DNA from: an uncultured candidate division Zixibacteria bacterium
Lineage (GTDB): Bacteria; Zixibacteria; MSB-5A5; GN15; PGXB01
DNA length: 64,000 bases
Reading direction: 5' to 3'
Assembly: GCA_963702205.1 (NCBI GenBank)
Contig: OY969724.1
Coordinates: forward strand, 544,001 to 608,000
Of this stretch, positions 1-9,364 are shown one piece after another (positions within the stretch are counted from its first letter, which is position 1; every line of letters starts with the position of its first letter). A program made the position numbers and the translations under genes. The notes beneath the pieces are model-generated. The model had not been told where the DNA came from. It saw nothing but the letters and a program-made list of their open reading frames with translations, and ran no database searches.

Positions 1-677
1 GTCCCAAGCGCCCACAGGGTTGGACTTAAAAAAAGCATTATCATGCCTAATATTCCCAATACTCTTAAATAAAACATTGGAGTTCCAAAAAGCCCCAGGA
101 TTATTGCAATTACCAATAAAACAAGACCCACAGCCATTAAGTATTTAATAAGATTTGAGTCCCGAATTTGGGTAATTTTACTTACTCCCTTAATTCGCCC
201 ATAAATTGAAACATTTTCGTTTGCATCATCCAATATTACGCGTAATTCAAAAGAGTCCTGCGGATTTATTAATGCTGGCTGAAACGTCAAAAGGTTGTTA
301 GAAACCTCCAAACACATTTCCAAATTAGACGGGGCCACATCTATAATATCCGCGGAGAGGATTTCGTTTTTTTCACCAAAAGCAATGGAAACCGGCTTTA
401 CAAAATCTTCTACTAGGATTGATTCATTTCCAGAATTTATAAAGTTAAAACGTAAAATGATTGGATTCTTGACAGGTTTGTCATCAAAAAGGATCTTTAA
501 TCGATCTTTGGTTTGTTTGTTTAAGAAATATAATGGCTCTACGGCTAATACTTCATATGCAAAAGCTTTCTTATTTTTTTGCTTATAATATATGACAATC
601 ATTGTAATTATTGTAATAACTGCAAGACCACAGTAAATAAGAAATTTGTAGTCAAAAATTATTGGATCTGAATTCAT
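1..677 (-). CDS. Hypothetical membrane protein, 3' end runs off the window
   Basis: Manual translation from ATG at 677 (MNSDPIIFDYKFLIYCGLAVITIITMIVIYY...) stays open to position 1. Hydrophobic segments at both ends; AT-rich; not in the ORF track because it has no stop. Confidence 0.7.
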   Translation of the reverse strand, partial: MNSDPIIFDYKFLIYCGLAVITIITMIVIYYKQKNKKAFAYEVLAVEPLYFLNKQTKDRLKILFDDKPVKNPIILRFNFINSGNESILVEDFVKPVSIAFGEKNEILSADIIDVAPSNLEMCLEVSNNLLTFQPALINPQDSFELRVILDDANENVSIYGRIKGVSKITQIRDSNLIKYLMAVGLVLLVIAIILGLFGTPMFYLRVLGILGMIMLFLSPTLWALG

Positions 678-783
678 CCTACAATACTCCCGCAAAACAG
701 ACAATTCGATTGCGATAAATATATCGTGATTTGTTCACCTATTCAAGCGGAAATTATAGAGCATTGCGGGGTGGTCCGACATT

Positions 784-1941
784 CTATGTCGGGGTTCTTA
801 AGCCAACCGCCGCCTCGTTCGGTATCTTCGTCGCGAAAAACATATCCACCGCCACGATTACCGCTCCGGCAATGAAAGTCACCTGATAGCCGAACAGATT
901 CCACGCCAGACCGCCGATCACGGGGATTATTATAGCCGTCACGTGGTTCATAGTCATCCCGAACGACAAACAGCCGGTCAGGTCTTCTTCGCTGGCGATT
1001 TTGCGCAGGTAGGACTTAAGCGCTATCGACGACCCAAACAGGGCGTTGTCGATCAGGAAGAAGGCTATCAGCGCCGGCATGAAAGATACATAGGCGTAGC
1101 CGGTGAAGATAAAAACGAGAATGAGCGACGACCCGACCAAAATTACGCGCTCGCCGAACCGATCGCTGATGTGACCGATCAGACGGTGCGTAAAAATAGT
1201 CACGAAGCTGTTGGCGACGAACACGATTGAAATAATCGCAATCGACAGACCGTGATTTTTGACAAGCAGGAAAATCGCGAAGGTCGTGAAAATGTGGCGG
1301 CGGCAGCCGCGCAGAAAAGACAGAGTATAGTACAGCCAGTATTTTTTCTTGGGCCTGGCGCGGCGCAGCTCGCCGATGCCCCGGTTGACCGGAAGGGCGA
1401 TCAACAAGTAGAGACCAACCAGGCAAATCGCTCCACCGAGGATATAAAACGCTATCCGGTAGTCGAAGGCGAAAGTCAGGCTCAAAACGAGCACCCCGGC
1501 CGCCAGTCCGGCCATCGACTCGAACGACAGGTATTTTCCCTGTATGTTTCCGTACTGCCCCTGTTTGGCCAGCAAGAGCAGCTGCGATGAATTGCTGGGC
1601 TCGAAATAATGAAATCCCAGCGACATCAGGAAAGTGGCCGCACCCAATAAAACCAGCGACGGCGACGCACCGGTCAGGATCAGACCGAGGGCCATGACAA
1701 CTATCGAGGCGGCCGCCAGCTTCGACTCGGAAAACCTCAGCGCCAACGCCCCGACTCCGAAGGCCAGAAAGCCCGGGATCTCCCGGACGGCCTGAATGAT
1801 GCCGATATCGGTGGCGGAAGCGTTAAAAGTCTCCACCGCGAAATTATTGAACATAATCCGCCAGATAAGAAAACCGATATATAAAGTAATATTGGAGAAC
1901 GTAAGCGTCGCGAAGGTGATTTTCTTGATCCCGAGAGGCAT
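784..1941 (-). CDS. MFS transporter
   Basis: 385 aa, about 12 hydrophobic segments, MFS motif A-like 'GHISDRFGER'. Confidence 0.85.
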   Translation of the reverse strand: MPLGIKKITFATLTFSNITLYIGFLIWRIMFNNFAVETFNASATDIGIIQAVREIPGFLAFGVGALALRFSESKLAAASIVVMALGLILTGASPSLVLLGAATFLMSLGFHYFEPSNSSQLLLLAKQGQYGNIQGKYLSFESMAGLAAGVLVLSLTFAFDYRIAFYILGGAICLVGLYLLIALPVNRGIGELRRARPKKKYWLYYTLSFLRGCRRHIFTTFAIFLLVKNHGLSIAIISIVFVANSFVTIFTHRLIGHISDRFGERVILVGSSLILVFIFTGYAYVSFMPALIAFFLIDNALFGSSIALKSYLRKIASEEDLTGCLSFGMTMNHVTAIIIPVIGGLAWNLFGYQVTFIAGAVIVAVDMFFATKIPNEAAVGLRTPT

Positions 1942-2071
1942 AACCGTAGTAAAATAATAAATATAATGCGGGATGGCCGTGTAAATATCGTTTCATCTAT
2001 AAAAAAACAGGCCAAAAGAGCGGTTGACTGATAAAGACCGGCTTTGGTATATTCAGGAAAAAGGAAAATAT

Positions 2072-3412
2072 ATGAATTTCGATAGCTCGATTTTTAAAGC
2101 CTATGACATACGAGGTACATTTCCCGATCAACTAAACGCGGATATGGCGTATGCAATCGGCAATGCCCTGGCCGGATATCTCAAGCCGACGTCGATTGCC
2201 ATCGGCCGCGATATGAGGCTATCATCCGATGAGTTATTCGAAGCGCTGTCGCGGGGGATTGTCGATGCCGGGGTCGATGCCGTCGATCTGGGCCGGATCT
2301 CCACCGACGCCCTCTATTTCGCGGTCGGGAAATTCGACTATGACGGCGGCGTTATGATTACGGCCAGTCACAATCCAAAACAATATAACGGCTTTAAAAT
2401 CTGCCGCAAACAGGCCCTGCCTTTGTCCGGCAAAGAGGGTTTGGATAAGATAAAGGAAATGATCGAAAACGACCAGTCCGTCAAATCGCCGTCGCGGGGG
2501 AATATCAACCGCAAAGACGTCCTCGAGGACTATGCCGCCCACTGCCTGACGTTTATCGATGTATCGAAAATAAAACCGTTTAAGGTGGTCGTGGATGCTG
2601 GCAACGGCATGGCCGGGGCGACGGTTCCGTCCGTTTTCGAGAAGCTCCCACTGGAGATTATCCCTCTCTATTTCGATCCCGACGGGTCATTTCCCAACCA
2701 CCCCGCTTCTCCCATCGAGCTGGAAAATCTGGCCGACCTTATTAAAAAGATCAAAGAGGTCGGCGCTGATTTTGGGGCGGCTTTCGACGGTGACGCCGAC
2801 CGCATGTTTCTGGTCGATAGAAACGGGCGGCAGATCGGCGGGGACATGGTTACGGCCATAGTGGCCGACAATCTTCTGAGCAAATATCCCGGCGAAACTA
2901 TTCTGTATAATATCATCTGCTCCAGGGCGGTCCCGGAACTGATCAAGAGAAAAGGCGGCACGGCCATACGCACGAGAGTTGGGCACGCCTTCATTAAGCC
3001 GCTTATGAAAAAGAATAATGCGATTTTCGGCGGCGAGCATTCAGGACATTTTTATTTTCGCGATTTCTGGTTTGCCGATTCAGGGCTGGTGGCTTTTCTG
3101 GTTTGTCTGGAACTGCTCAGCCAGAACGACAAGCCGCTTGACGAAATTGTCCGGGCCATCGACCCCTATTTTCGTTCCGGCGAGATTAACAGCCGGGTCG
3201 AATCGGCGCGCGAAGTGATTGAAAAAGTGGCTGAGGCCTTTGCCGACGGTGAGCAGGACCGGACCGACGGCCTGACCGTATATAAGAACGATTTCTGGTT
3301 TAACCTGAGGCCGTCGAATACCGAGCCTTTGATAAGGCTTAATGTCGAGGCCAACTCTAAAGAGATTCTGGACAAGCGGACCGAGGAAATCCTGAAGATC
3401 GTCCGCACTTAA
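2072..3412 (+). CDS. manB: Phosphomannomutase/phosphoglucomutase
   Basis: FKAYDIRG start, active-site TASHNP, metal loop FDGDADR, GEHSGH, RPSNTEP. Start moved to ATG 2072 (AAGGA upstream). Confidence 0.93.
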   Translation: MNFDSSIFKAYDIRGTFPDQLNADMAYAIGNALAGYLKPTSIAIGRDMRLSSDELFEALSRGIVDAGVDAVDLGRISTDALYFAVGKFDYDGGVMITASHNPKQYNGFKICRKQALPLSGKEGLDKIKEMIENDQSVKSPSRGNINRKDVLEDYAAHCLTFIDVSKIKPFKVVVDAGNGMAGATVPSVFEKLPLEIIPLYFDPDGSFPNHPASPIELENLADLIKKIKEVGADFGAAFDGDADRMFLVDRNGRQIGGDMVTAIVADNLLSKYPGETILYNIICSRAVPELIKRKGGTAIRTRVGHAFIKPLMKKNNAIFGGEHSGHFYFRDFWFADSGLVAFLVCLELLSQNDKPLDEIVRAIDPYFRSGEINSRVESAREVIEKVAEAFADGEQDRTDGLTVYKNDFWFNLRPSNTEPLIRLNVEANSKEILDKRTEEILKIVRT

Positions 3413-3435
3413 TCATAGAAAATACTCCGTACAAG

Positions 3436-3465
3436 CCAAAGCCCCCGGTTGAATGGGGGCTTTGG
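3436..3465. terminator. Probable bidirectional terminator hairpin
   Basis: CCAAAGCCCCC-N8-GGGGGCTTTGG between convergent genes. Confidence 0.75.
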
Positions 3466-3493
3466 AATTTATGCTGAAGAAGTAAAGTTTAGA

Positions 3494-6031
3494 TTACTTC
3501 AGGAGCATCATTTTTCTGGTGGCGACTTTATCGCCGGCCTTGACGGTATAGAAGTATACACCGCTGGCCAGACCGGTCGCATCCCAGGTTTCGACGACGT
3601 CACCGATACCGTGACCGTTGATTTCGTCGACTTTCTGACCCTGGAGGTTGTAGATCGTGATGGAATAATCGGTCTCCGAGGGCAGTTCGATGCTGAAGCT
3701 GGTGCTCGGGTTGAACGGGTTCGGGTAGTTCTGCTTCAGTGCGAAATCGGTCGGCAAGACTGTGGCACTATAGATCTGTCCATAGTAGTCGGCCGCTTCG
3801 ACGCTGACCAGGGTACCACCGGAAACGTTCAAGACGTTACCGGCCTCAAGCACGTTGTGGTCCATGCTGTAAACCAGGGCCCGGGTCTGTCCATCGACAT
3901 AACCGGTCTTGATTTGCATGTTCATGGCCTCATGAGCCAGTGAAACGCTGGCCTGTCCGTCAAACACAAACAGGGCCGCACCGACCTCTTTGTTGACTCC
4001 AACGGTACCGTCACCATAGGAGACACTAAGGTCGCCGCCGGCCGTCAGTTTGGCATACGGCAGAGCGTCGCCGACGATCACCCGAATCAGGTAAACCAGG
4101 TCAGCCACCGAAAGAACAATACCGTCGGCATTGATATCGGTCGCCGCCGTCTGACCTTCCACGTTGACCGTGAAGGCCGCCAGGCCGCTGATGAAGTAGT
4201 TGGTGAAGACTACCGCATCGGCGATTTCATTGGAAATACCGTTCAGGTTGACGTCGCCGCGGGCGTCGATGTCTTCCGAACAGATGATGTCGACACCACC
4301 GTCACGGAAGATGATCGCTCCCAGCGGGAAGTTCTTGATAACGCCTTCACTGGTTTGTGTGAAGAAATCATAACAAGTGTCAGCCGGCCCACTGTATCCA
4401 TAGGTGCCCGGGTCGGTGACCAGATCACCTTCGAAAGTATAAACGGCCTGGCCCAGATACAGCCAGTTACCGTTCTCGCTCGACAGGGTATTGTCGGCAC
4501 AGTCGAGCCAGAAGAAACGGACCGGAACAAACTGACATTCCAACGTCCGATCGTTGGCCACGAAGAACTGGATCGTCGCCAGTTCGCCGGGACCGGCCAC
4601 GTGATTCGGGTTGGTGACGCCGTCATTCTGCTCGCGCAGAGCGACGATGCGCATCATGCCCGAAGGACAACCGCTGCCGCAGTTCCCGAAAGGACCAAAA
4701 CGATACGTGAAATATTCAAATTCCGTGTCAATCAGATCGCCCGGAGCGGCCGACATCGCCGTCAACGCCGAAGCGTCATAAGCTACCAGGAAGTCGAAAC
4801 CACCCAGCAGATCGACAATGAACGGGCCCGTGTAGGCCGAATCGATAAAGATGGAAACCGTCGTATAGTGGCCCTGAAGTTGGTCGTGGACCTTCTCAAT
4901 CGAAACCGCAAAGCCAATCACATGAATCTTATAGCAGGCCGTATCGGCATTCGTCGGACTGCACGGATCGCAGGTGTTGGCACCGTCGGTCACGCTCACG
5001 CACAACGTGAAGTCACCGAGGTAGTCCGGCTCGTTGAGAATGTCCCAGGACCAGGCGCCGGTCGCGTCATCTAAATCCATCGTTCCGGGACCATCAAAGC
5101 TGACCAGTTCGTATAGCAGGCTCGAAGGACCGCCGTCGGGATCGCTGGCATCAACGTCACCCGTGAGGGTAACACCCCAGACGGACATAATCGTGTCAGC
5201 ATCGGCCTGCGGGTTGGTAATCTCCGGAGGAGTGTTCTGGACGCACACATTGAAGCTGCAGTCGGCGGTCGCGCCGCAAGCATCGGTTACCTGAACCGTA
5301 ACCTCATGGTCGCAAACGTCGTCGCCACCGGTCTGCCACTGATAATGACCACTCGAATTGACCGTGCCCGGACCGGCTGTGACCGCAAAGCTGAGGGCTT
5401 CGCAGCCATTAACCAGATCGTCATCGTCAAAGGTCATGTCAGCTTCAACAAGGTCGCCCCAATGAACAGTCTGGTCGCCCGGACATGAAATGGTCGGAAC
5501 CTGATTGACCATCGTCACCGTGCCGGCCGTCACCGTCGTCGCCAAAGCTTCGATCGGGTCGCAGCCAACCAGAGTGGTGGCAAAGTCAATGGAACTGCCG
5601 CAGGGTGAGTCGCCGGTCAACGTCGTTGCGTCAACCGTCACCGAGCCGTCACAGACGTCAGCCATGGTCAGTGAAATCTGACCGACTACCATCGGGAACG
5701 AACTCAGACAGGCATCACCCGCGTCAATCTTCATGGCCGCCACGTGAAACGTGCCGGTCGTCGGTTCCTGTAAGACGCGTTCATTGAGAACCGTCAAACC
5801 ACTTGCAAAGTCGAAGGCGACCGTAGTATAGTCACCGGAGACTTGAAAGACCAACTCAAATGCACTCAGATCCGTAGGACTATCAATCGTCACATTCAGT
5901 ATCACATCCGTACAGCGCTGGACATTCTTCGATTGAAACGTCACTTCTTGCGCTACCGAATAGGAGAATCCGAATACCAGAAGGAACGAGGCCAGCAGTA
6001 AAGATATGGTCAATTTTCTTTTTTGCATCAT
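3494..6031 (-). CDS. Secreted acidic Cys-rich protein with cohesin-like, Ig/cadherin-like and dockerin-like modules and a T9SS type-A sorting domain
   Basis: Signal peptide; paired Ca-loop repeats GDVNLNGISNEIADAVVF / DINADGIVLSVADLVYL; C-terminal LKQNYPNPFNPST...SGVYFY...RKMMLLK. Confidence 0.85.
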   Translation of the reverse strand: MMQKRKLTISLLLASFLLVFGFSYSVAQEVTFQSKNVQRCTDVILNVTIDSPTDLSAFELVFQVSGDYTTVAFDFASGLTVLNERVLQEPTTGTFHVAAMKIDAGDACLSSFPMVVGQISLTMADVCDGSVTVDATTLTGDSPCGSSIDFATTLVGCDPIEALATTVTAGTVTMVNQVPTISCPGDQTVHWGDLVEADMTFDDDDLVNGCEALSFAVTAGPGTVNSSGHYQWQTGGDDVCDHEVTVQVTDACGATADCSFNVCVQNTPPEITNPQADADTIMSVWGVTLTGDVDASDPDGGPSSLLYELVSFDGPGTMDLDDATGAWSWDILNEPDYLGDFTLCVSVTDGANTCDPCSPTNADTACYKIHVIGFAVSIEKVHDQLQGHYTTVSIFIDSAYTGPFIVDLLGGFDFLVAYDASALTAMSAAPGDLIDTEFEYFTYRFGPFGNCGSGCPSGMMRIVALREQNDGVTNPNHVAGPGELATIQFFVANDRTLECQFVPVRFFWLDCADNTLSSENGNWLYLGQAVYTFEGDLVTDPGTYGYSGPADTCYDFFTQTSEGVIKNFPLGAIIFRDGGVDIICSEDIDARGDVNLNGISNEIADAVVFTNYFISGLAAFTVNVEGQTAATDINADGIVLSVADLVYLIRVIVGDALPYAKLTAGGDLSVSYGDGTVGVNKEVGAALFVFDGQASVSLAHEAMNMQIKTGYVDGQTRALVYSMDHNVLEAGNVLNVSGGTLVSVEAADYYGQIYSATVLPTDFALKQNYPNPFNPSTSFSIELPSETDYSITIYNLQGQKVDEINGHGIGDVVETWDATGLASGVYFYTVKAGDKVATRKMMLLK

Positions 6032-6427
6032 TATAATGCTCCTTTAAAGACTTTAAAGTTCATTAAAGGTAATAGGTATCTTTCTGCCTGAAACAGTTAA
6101 TTACGGATTACCTGTTCCATCCGAACTTGTGCTACCGAGGTGTCGGAATTACCCCGAAACTTATCCCGTAAACCTCATGGATGACAGATGTAAAGCATGG
6201 ATGGATAGCGATTGTTAAGGTTCAACAGGATTAGTATTTATGTGAGTTTCTGGAATATCTGAAGATTACAGGATGTATCTATCTATTAGACCATCTCTAA
6301 ATCTTGTAAAGGCCATGTCTTGAAGTTCTTTTGTGGACCAACTCTATTTGCTTCTTAGAGTTGAAAGGTGCTAACCGATTCTTAACAGAAGCGTTTCTTA
6401 CAACACAACTATTCCCTGGACATCATC

Positions 6428-6455
6428 AAAATAACCACTAACCAACATTTGTCAA
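6428..6455 (-). promoter_or_regulatory. Putative sigma70 promoter of the T9SS protein gene
   Basis: Minus-strand TTGACA (6455-6450), 16-bp spacer, TATTTT. Confidence 0.45.
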
Positions 6456-6707
6456 GAACTTTTATACAATATTACCATAATATGACATGACGTAGTTATG
6501 ATGCCCGGGAGAATTACATCGATTTAAGCCCGTAGTCTTTGAGCCATAAAAAACAAGACCAAGTCACTTCACGCCATTTCAAATGTCATTTTCAAAGATC
6601 CGGATAAGATATCCAGCTCGATTTTTACCGTCACGCGGAGACCTGAACATAGGCATAAAAAATGCCCCCCAAGCGCCGATTCGAGACTGACGAGGCAAAG
6701 CATGGTA

Positions 6708-6787
6708 TGTGAATATATTCACAATACCTAAGCAAACAGGCAACGCACAGATCAAATTAATAACTTCATATTGTGAAAAATATCACA
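6708..6787. promoter_or_regulatory. Two TGTGA-N6-TCACA palindromes (Rex- or CRP-type operators)
   Basis: TGTGAATATATTCACA at 6708-6723 and TGTGAAAAATATCACA at 6772-6787. Confidence 0.65.
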
Positions 6788-6835
6788 TTATATGGTTTGA
6801 ATTTACCCCGAAAACTCATTAATATTTGAACGATT

Positions 6836-8113
6836 TCAGAAGGTGTATGTCAGGCTCGACGAAAGCAAATAGATGCGGTTGTCATCGGAATCAACCTTGT
6901 GCCACTGCCACTCGGATGAAAAAATCACGTCCAGCGCGAGGGCTTTCCAGACCGAAATATTGCCGATGAGGCTGACCCGATCGAAAGTATATTTGGAATA
7001 AAATTCGGGATTGTCGGGATAGGTTCTCGACCCCAATTCGTTTTCCAAAAGCAACAGAACCTGCCCATATGAGTAGTAATCTAATTCCGTGTTCAGGAGG
7101 TATTCAAGGTAATCGTCGTCTGCCTCGAAACCGGTTTTGATCGACAGGATTTCTATCCCCGGTCCGGCCGCGAGGCTAAGATCGCCCGATACCATCTCGG
7201 CCAACAGGTCGGTTTTAATTATGGCATAATCGTCGTTTATGAATTCAGATGACGTGTAATCGAAATATTCCAGATTGCCTTTGGCCAGAATGTTGAATTT
7301 TCCGGCCACCGGCTGTCTCTGAAGAATTATTGCCGAAAGATATAAATAGTCGTTCTGGTCTTCCGGGGCGGCGTAATTTTTGTATTCCAGTGCCGCTTCG
7401 GCGTTCAGCTGGCCGCCGAAAAATGACCCCATATAGCCCGCCCCGCCCCGAACCATTTTATAATCCAGATAGGACGAATCGGGCACGGTGCGGGATTCGA
7501 GCCCGATCGAGCCATAGACATTGTTAAAGCTCGGCGTGAACCATGAAAAGTCAATTTTGCCGCCGATTCGGTGATAATTGTAGATGTAGCTTTCCAGCGA
7601 ATCGAAAGTGACTTTTTCAAGATAAGTCGTGACCTGGGTCCGGACGGCGTCGGACAGCCGGGCGCTCAGACCGATTCGGCCGTAGACCACGCTCAGATCC
7701 TCGCCGGGTTCGGCGGTGCCATCGTAGCGTTTCTTTATCTCGAGCCGGGTATCGGCCAGAAAGGCCAGAGTGTCACTGCCGGTCTTTAGCCTGCCCCAAC
7801 CGACGGCCCGGAAATTCTCGGGAGTCTGTTCCCACCCGATTTCGGCCGAATTATTGACATATTTGCCGGGAGCATATTTCAGATAAACGAGACCCTTTTT
7901 GTCATCGAGATATTCGCGTTTGAGCAAGCTTAGATTGACCGAATCGACAATGCCATCGTATCGCAGGGAATCATAGAAATACTCCTGCGATATGAAATCG
8001 TAGCCGAGCCCGGCACGAATCGAAAAATCGCCGGAGTCATCGGTTCGGGCAACTCCGGCGAATAAAATCGTTCCGGCGATCGAAATCAGGATGCTGAATA
8101 TAAAGCTTTTCAA
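6836..8113 (-). CDS. Putative outer-membrane beta-barrel protein
   Basis: Signal peptide, alternating aromatic beta-strands, C-terminal 'SSSLTYTF'. TTG start. Confidence 0.75.
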   Translation of the reverse strand: MKSFIFSILISIAGTILFAGVARTDDSGDFSIRAGLGYDFISQEYFYDSLRYDGIVDSVNLSLLKREYLDDKKGLVYLKYAPGKYVNNSAEIGWEQTPENFRAVGWGRLKTGSDTLAFLADTRLEIKKRYDGTAEPGEDLSVVYGRIGLSARLSDAVRTQVTTYLEKVTFDSLESYIYNYHRIGGKIDFSWFTPSFNNVYGSIGLESRTVPDSSYLDYKMVRGGAGYMGSFFGGQLNAEAALEYKNYAAPEDQNDYLYLSAIILQRQPVAGKFNILAKGNLEYFDYTSSEFINDDYAIIKTDLLAEMVSGDLSLAAGPGIEILSIKTGFEADDDYLEYLLNTELDYYSYGQVLLLLENELGSRTYPDNPEFYSKYTFDRVSLIGNISVWKALALDVIFSSEWQWHKVDSDDNRIYLLSSSLTYTF

Positions 8114-8117
8114 GTCT

Positions 8118-9209
8118 TTATTGCCCCAGGAGCTCCTTGGCCTTTCTGAGGTTCATCTGGGCGGCTTTAATGTGTCCGGCACAGGCGTCGGACTGGTTGT
8201 CGGCGCACAGGCGTTCCGCCGCGCTGATATGTTCGGCGGCCGATTCAAGCAGCCGGGCGGCCACACCGTCGGTCGCGCCGGCCATATCGTGAAGGCGTTC
8301 CTGTTCGGCTTTCATCTGGCGAATTTTGGTCTGAAGTTCATTTTCTCCCGCGCACAGTTCGCTGAGACGCCGATACATCTGGCGGGCCTGTTTCATATTC
8401 TGTTCGAAGCGACCGGGCGCATTCTCGGCGGCAAGCTGGCGGCAGTTGCGATAGGTTTCTTCAAGGCGGGCCATAATCTGCGCTGCTTCCGGCGACGAAC
8501 ATTCGGAGGCCATCAGGCGCGCCTGTTCCATCTGCTGCTCCAGAAGTCGCAGCTGGTTTTCCATGCGCTGACCGTTGCCCTGCCCGGCCTGCATTAATTC
8601 GGTCAGTTTATTCAGCGACTTTTCCGCCTGCAGCGACAGTCTGAGGGCGGGCCGAAGCTGCCTTTTATAGTAGAGCTCCCAGGCCCGGCGCTGGTTATCG
8701 CGGGCGCTGTCGAACATTTCGGACAGGCGTTTTGGCGAGTCGGCTCCCAAATTGGCTTCGAGTCGGGACGCCAGTTGATCGGTTTTTTCAAGCTGGCGCT
8801 GGACTATATTTTCATTGTCCTCGGTCTGGCTGTTCAGACGATCCCGGGCTTCTTTAATGATATTAATTGCACGCCAGGCTTTATCGCGCGCCTGTTGGGT
8901 GAGTTTGAGGCTGGCGCCGATGATAACGGCGGCATCGGAATTGAGACCGTTGCGGGCGCTGGTTTGCATCTGTTCGGCGTTGTTTAATACCTTCTGGGCC
9001 AGTCCAACCGAAATTCGCACGATCTGATACTGGCGGTACTGCGAGGCTTCGGCGATGACGTTCTGTGCCCGCTCGATAACCTGCTGACTGCGATCATACT
9101 CACCTTTCAGACGCTCCCGGGCGGCGTCCGTATTTTGAGCCGAGAGTACGGAAGGCAGCAGAATCATGGCTGTTATAAGCGATATTATAAATTTTTTTGA
9201 CCCGTTCAT
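8118..9209 (-). CDS. Exported alpha-helical/coiled-coil hypothetical protein
   Basis: Signal peptide, Ala/Gln/Arg/Glu-rich helices, Cys pairs near the C-terminus, AGGAGAGG RBS. Confidence 0.8.
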   Translation of the reverse strand: MNGSKKFIISLITAMILLPSVLSAQNTDAARERLKGEYDRSQQVIERAQNVIAEASQYRQYQIVRISVGLAQKVLNNAEQMQTSARNGLNSDAAVIIGASLKLTQQARDKAWRAINIIKEARDRLNSQTEDNENIVQRQLEKTDQLASRLEANLGADSPKRLSEMFDSARDNQRRAWELYYKRQLRPALRLSLQAEKSLNKLTELMQAGQGNGQRMENQLRLLEQQMEQARLMASECSSPEAAQIMARLEETYRNCRQLAAENAPGRFEQNMKQARQMYRRLSELCAGENELQTKIRQMKAEQERLHDMAGATDGVAARLLESAAEHISAAERLCADNQSDACAGHIKAAQMNLRKAKELLGQ

Positions 9210-9243
9210 TTTCCTCTCCTTTGTTATCCCAAAGAAGATATAC

Positions 9244-9258
9244 TCAAATTGTATGCCA
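9244..9258 (-). promoter_or_regulatory. Putative sigma54 -24/-12 promoter (variant -12)
   Basis: TGGCATACAATTTGA (GG-N10-GA), 35 nt upstream of the 9209 start and just downstream of an NtrC-type gene. Confidence 0.6.
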
Positions 9259-9364
9259 ACAGTGCCGCTACCGGTAAGGCTTTGCTATTCATAATATTAT
9301 ATCGTTGCTTGTCAGAGTTGACCAACTTTATTAGTACCCCACGGTACACTTTGAACCGAATGGC

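Noticed and set aside
295..588. 97-aa + strand ORF
   Set aside because: Antisense shadow of the longer open minus-strand frame starting at 677.
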